Shown here piece after piece: positions 29,583 through 32,000 of a stretch of 32,000 nt of DNA. This DNA is from Thermodesulfobacteriota bacterium. Lineage in GTDB: Bacteria; Desulfobacterota; WTBG01; JAGOGO01. The notes beneath the pieces are model-generated. The model ran no database searches, was not told where the DNA came from, and was given only the letters and a program-made list of their open reading frames with translations. Position numbers and translations under genes: made by a program. How positions within the stretch are numbered: position 1 is the stretch's first letter; every line of letters starts with the position of its first letter. The stretch covers positions 1,905,622 through 1,937,621 of the forward strand of contig CP113000.1 in the NCBI GenBank assembly GCA_026625185.1, read 5' to 3'.

Positions 29583-30377
29583 CTATTTTAACGCCTGTTT
29601 TAAGCTGGCGACAAAGTCTCCGACTTTCTGCAAGAGTTGCGGGGAATCGCCGTGTTCTTCAATGAGCCGGACAATCGCGCTTCCTACCACCACCCCTTCG
29701 GCAAATTTTCCCATGGCTTTAGCTTGCTCGGGATTCGAAATTCCGAAACCGATCGCTATGGGCAGCTTGGTATATTTTTTTATCCGTTGGATGTCTTCTT
29801 CGATATACTGACCTCCAGAGAGGGTGGAACCCGTCACCCCGGTCATGGAAATATAGTAGATAAATCCCCGGGCTTTCCTGGAAATCATTTTGATGCGCTC
29901 ATCATTGCTGGTGGGGGCCAGCAGAAAAATGAGGTCCAGATTAGACTGGTCAGTGTATTTTTTTAATTCCTCCGCCTCCTCATACGGGAGATCAACGACC
30001 AGCAGACCATCCACCCCGGCCTCTTTGGCCCGCCGGGCAATTTCCTGCGCTCCGACCACAAAAAGCGGATTGTAATAACTGAAGAGAATAAGGGGAATCT
30101 GGGAAAACTGCCTAATTTCTTTTACCAGCTCCATAATATCATCAAGGGTAACCCCGGTTTTTAGCGCGCGCTGGGCAGCAGACTGAATGACCGGGCCGTC
30201 CGCGGTGGGATCTGAAAAAGGAACGCCGAGCTCAAGGATATCCGCGCCGCTTTCGATTAATTGCCGGATGATGTTCTTGGAAACCGAAATATGGGGATCA
30301 CCGATGGTTATGTAAGCGATAAGCGCTTTTTTGTTTTCTGCCTTTAAATTCTGAAAGACTGCTTTTATTCTGCTCAT
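29583..30377 (-). CDS. trpA: Tryptophan synthase alpha chain
   Basis: 264 aa. [26 protein letters not shown] and [10 protein letters not shown] motifs. Overlaps trpB by 4 nt (ATGA). Confidence 0.95.
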   Translation of the reverse strand: MSRIKAVFQNLKAENKKALIAYITIGDPHISVSKNIIRQLIESGADILELGVPFSDPTADGPVIQSAAQRALKTGVTLDDIMELVKEIRQFSQIPLILFSYYNPLFVVGAQEIARRAKEAGVDGLLVVDLPYEEAEELKKYTDQSNLDLIFLLAPTSNDERIKMISRKARGFIYYISMTGVTGSTLSGGQYIEEDIQRIKKYTKLPIAIGFGISNPEQAKAMGKFAEGVVVGSAIVRLIEEHGDSPQLLQKVGDFVASLKQALK

Positions 30378-31573
30378 GGATTTAAACCCCCCATCTGTTC
30401 GGCCACAATATTGAGGTCCTTATCTCCCCGGCCGGAGAGATTAATAATAATAATTTTATCTTTGCCCATCATTGGCGCCATCTTAATGACCTGAGCCACC
30501 GCGTGCGCGCTTTCAAGCGCGGGGATAATGCCTTCGGCTTTCGTGAGAACATGAAATCCCTCGAGCGCTTCTTTATCGGTGATCGCCACGTATTCCGCCC
30601 GTTTTATTTCATGGAAAAGGCTGTGCTCCGGCCCCACGCCCGGATAATCCAGACCGGCAGAAACCGAGTGAACCTCCTGAACCTGGCCGTGGTCATCCTG
30701 GAGCAGATAACTTTTGCTTCCATGAAAAACTCCGACTTTTCCCCGGCAGATCGATGCGGCATGTTTCGGCGTGGAAAGACCCAGTCCACCGGCTTCCACT
30801 CCTACCATTTTTACGTCCGCGTCATCCCTGAAGGGGTAAAACAAACCCATGGCGTTGCTTCCCCCGCCTACACAGGCGACCAGACAATCAGGGAGCTTTC
30901 CTTCCAGTTTCAGAATTTGTTTTCTGGTTTCACGGCCGATGATGGACTGAAAATCCCTCACCATCATGGGGTAAGGATGCGGTCCGGCAACCGAGCCAAT
31001 GAGGTAATAGGTGGTGCGGATATTGGTCACCCAGTCACGAAGGGCTTCATTCATGGCGTCTTTCAGGGTCCTGGTTCCCGCGTTGACCGGCACTACTTCC
31101 GCCCCCAAGAGTTTCATCCGGAAGACGTTTAAGGATTGACGCTTTATGTCCTCAGTGCCCATGAAGATGTGGCAGTCCATTCCGAAGATGGTCGCAGCTG
31201 TGGCTGTGGCCACGCCGTGCTGTCCGGCTCCGGTTTCGGCGATGATCCTTTTTTTGCCCATCCGCCGGGCGAGCAGAGCCTGCCCCACGGTGTTATTGAT
31301 TTTGTGGGCTCCGGTGTGGTTCAAGTCTTCACGTTTGAGATAAATTTTTGCTCCTCCCAGTTTTTCCGTCAGGCGCTGGGCAAAGTAAAGCGGGGTTTCC
31401 CGTCCCACAAATTCCTTGAGATAGTAATCAAGCTCTCGTAAAAATTCCTGGTTTCGTTTATATTGCTTATAAGCCTTTTCCAGCTCTAACACAGCAGGCA
31501 TGAGCGTCTCAGCAACATACCTTCCGCCAAACGAGCCGAAATGACCCTGCCTATCAGGCATTGGTAATACCAT
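30374..31573 (-). CDS. trpB: Tryptophan synthase beta chain
   Basis: 399 aa. [16 protein letters not shown] (PLP lysine), [12 protein letters not shown] and GGGSNAMG. Confidence 0.96.
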   Translation of the reverse strand: MVLPMPDRQGHFGSFGGRYVAETLMPAVLELEKAYKQYKRNQEFLRELDYYLKEFVGRETPLYFAQRLTEKLGGAKIYLKREDLNHTGAHKINNTVGQALLARRMGKKRIIAETGAGQHGVATATAATIFGMDCHIFMGTEDIKRQSLNVFRMKLLGAEVVPVNAGTRTLKDAMNEALRDWVTNIRTTYYLIGSVAGPHPYPMMVRDFQSIIGRETRKQILKLEGKLPDCLVACVGGGSNAMGLFYPFRDDADVKMVGVEAGGLGLSTPKHAASICRGKVGVFHGSKSYLLQDDHGQVQEVHSVSAGLDYPGVGPEHSLFHEIKRAEYVAITDKEALEGFHVLTKAEGIIPALESAHAVAQVIKMAPMMGKDKIIIINLSGRGDKDLNIVAEQMGGLNP

Positions 31574-31625
31574 GGCGTATTCCTCTCATTATTGGTTTTT
31601 TAAAAAGCATAAGTTGTTTTAATTT

Positions 31626-32000
31626 TCATTTTCTTCTCACCATCTCTACGAACCTTCTGAGCTTGGCCGGATCCTTGATTCCCGGCGACAACTCCACGCC
31701 GCTGCTTACATCAACCGCGTAAGGATTTACTTCCCGGATCGCCTCACTTACATTTGCTTCATCGAGCCCACCAGCTAGTATCACAGGTCCAAAGTCTTTT
31801 GCCGCCCGGGCAAGTTCCCAGTTCGCTTTTTTTCCGGTGCCGCCATACTGCTTCGGGTCATAGGCGTCAACCAAATAAGCCTGCACTGAATAGCGCGGGA
31901 TAGCGTCCATATCGGCCTTATCTTTTAAGGAGAATGCCTTTATTACTTTATAGTCGGGGAAAAAGGCGCAGTAGTCCGGGGATTCATTACCGTGAAACTG
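31626..32000 (-). CDS. trpF: Phosphoribosylanthranilate isomerase, C-terminal part; 5' end outside window
   Basis: The frame is open to the window edge (QFHGNESPDYCAFFPDYKVIKAFSLKD...), then ...YLVDAYDPKQYGGTGKKANWELA...ILAGGLDEANV...DVSSGVE. Confidence 0.88.
   Translation of the reverse strand, partial: QFHGNESPDYCAFFPDYKVIKAFSLKDKADMDAIPRYSVQAYLVDAYDPKQYGGTGKKANWELARAAKDFGPVILAGGLDEANVSEAIREVNPYAVDVSSGVELSPGIKDPAKLRRFVEMVRRK

Noticed and set aside
30503-31132. 209-aa + strand ORF inside trpB
   Set aside because: It is antisense to an unambiguous trpB and its Arg/Gly/His-rich composition is typical of shadow frames. The same reasoning applies to 31136..31441 and 29637..29966 (the latter antisense to trpA).
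1-32000. CRISPR arrays, tRNA/rRNA/tmRNA/RNase P/SRP RNA genes, transposases, integrases, reverse transcriptases, and known defence-system signature genes
   Set aside because: I looked for spaced direct repeats, cloverleaf-like segments, conserved RNA cores and the corresponding protein motifs in the ORF track and recognised none. A tRNAscan/Infernal/DefenseFinder run is still advisable.

Overview
This is a 32-kb chromosomal window with no rRNA, tRNA, CRISPR array, transposase or integrase visible. The gene content points to an anaerobic, LPS-making (diderm) bacterium of uncertain phylum: class III RNR nrdD/nrdG, a non-Cys Thi4, sigma-54 control, a GT9 heptosyltransferase and a Kdo/WaaP-type kinase. 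I support about 33 CDS.

Left to right, the window contains:
- the gdh 3' end, then a decayed GT4 glycosyltransferase relic;
- a GAF-type sigma-54 activator, a textbook -24/-12 promoter, and amtB-glnK;
- a small Cys-rich protein;
- a minus-strand run of GT9 heptosyltransferase, glgP and a sulfatase-like enzyme, with a divergent LPS-kinase-family gene;
- a 600-bp gene-poor gap with exact short repeats;
- a visibly GC-rich block (about 12-16 kb) holding a THUMP RNA methyltransferase, a secreted FGE-like protein, a cupin, an ICMT-like membrane methyltransferase and an internally deleted Zn-ADH relic;
- cstA followed by a compact HDAC-like deacetylase;
- a sulfotransferase-cysC (PAPS) pair, then a canonical sirtuin;
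- a visibly AT-rich five-gene islet of small orphan proteins (about 21.2-24.0 kb), including a signal-peptide-less trypsin-fold serine protease, closed by a nested-palindrome MITE-like repeat;
- nrdD, a glutaredoxin-like gene and nrdG, with NrdR-like boxes;
- a small orphan ORF, thi4, and trpF-trpB-trpA.

The best candidate for something undescribed is the AT-rich protease-containing islet next to the sirtuin, but I cannot assign it to any known system and its function is inferred only. Secondary points of interest are the one-component sigma-54/amtB wiring with a palindrome abutting the -24 element, the PAPS/sulfotransferase pair, and a probably thiol-dependent class III RNR operon with an internal terminator.

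CDS coordinates follow the supplied ORF track. Short-motif coordinates were read by eye and may be off by 1-2 nt. GC statements come from hand counts of a few lines, not a computation.
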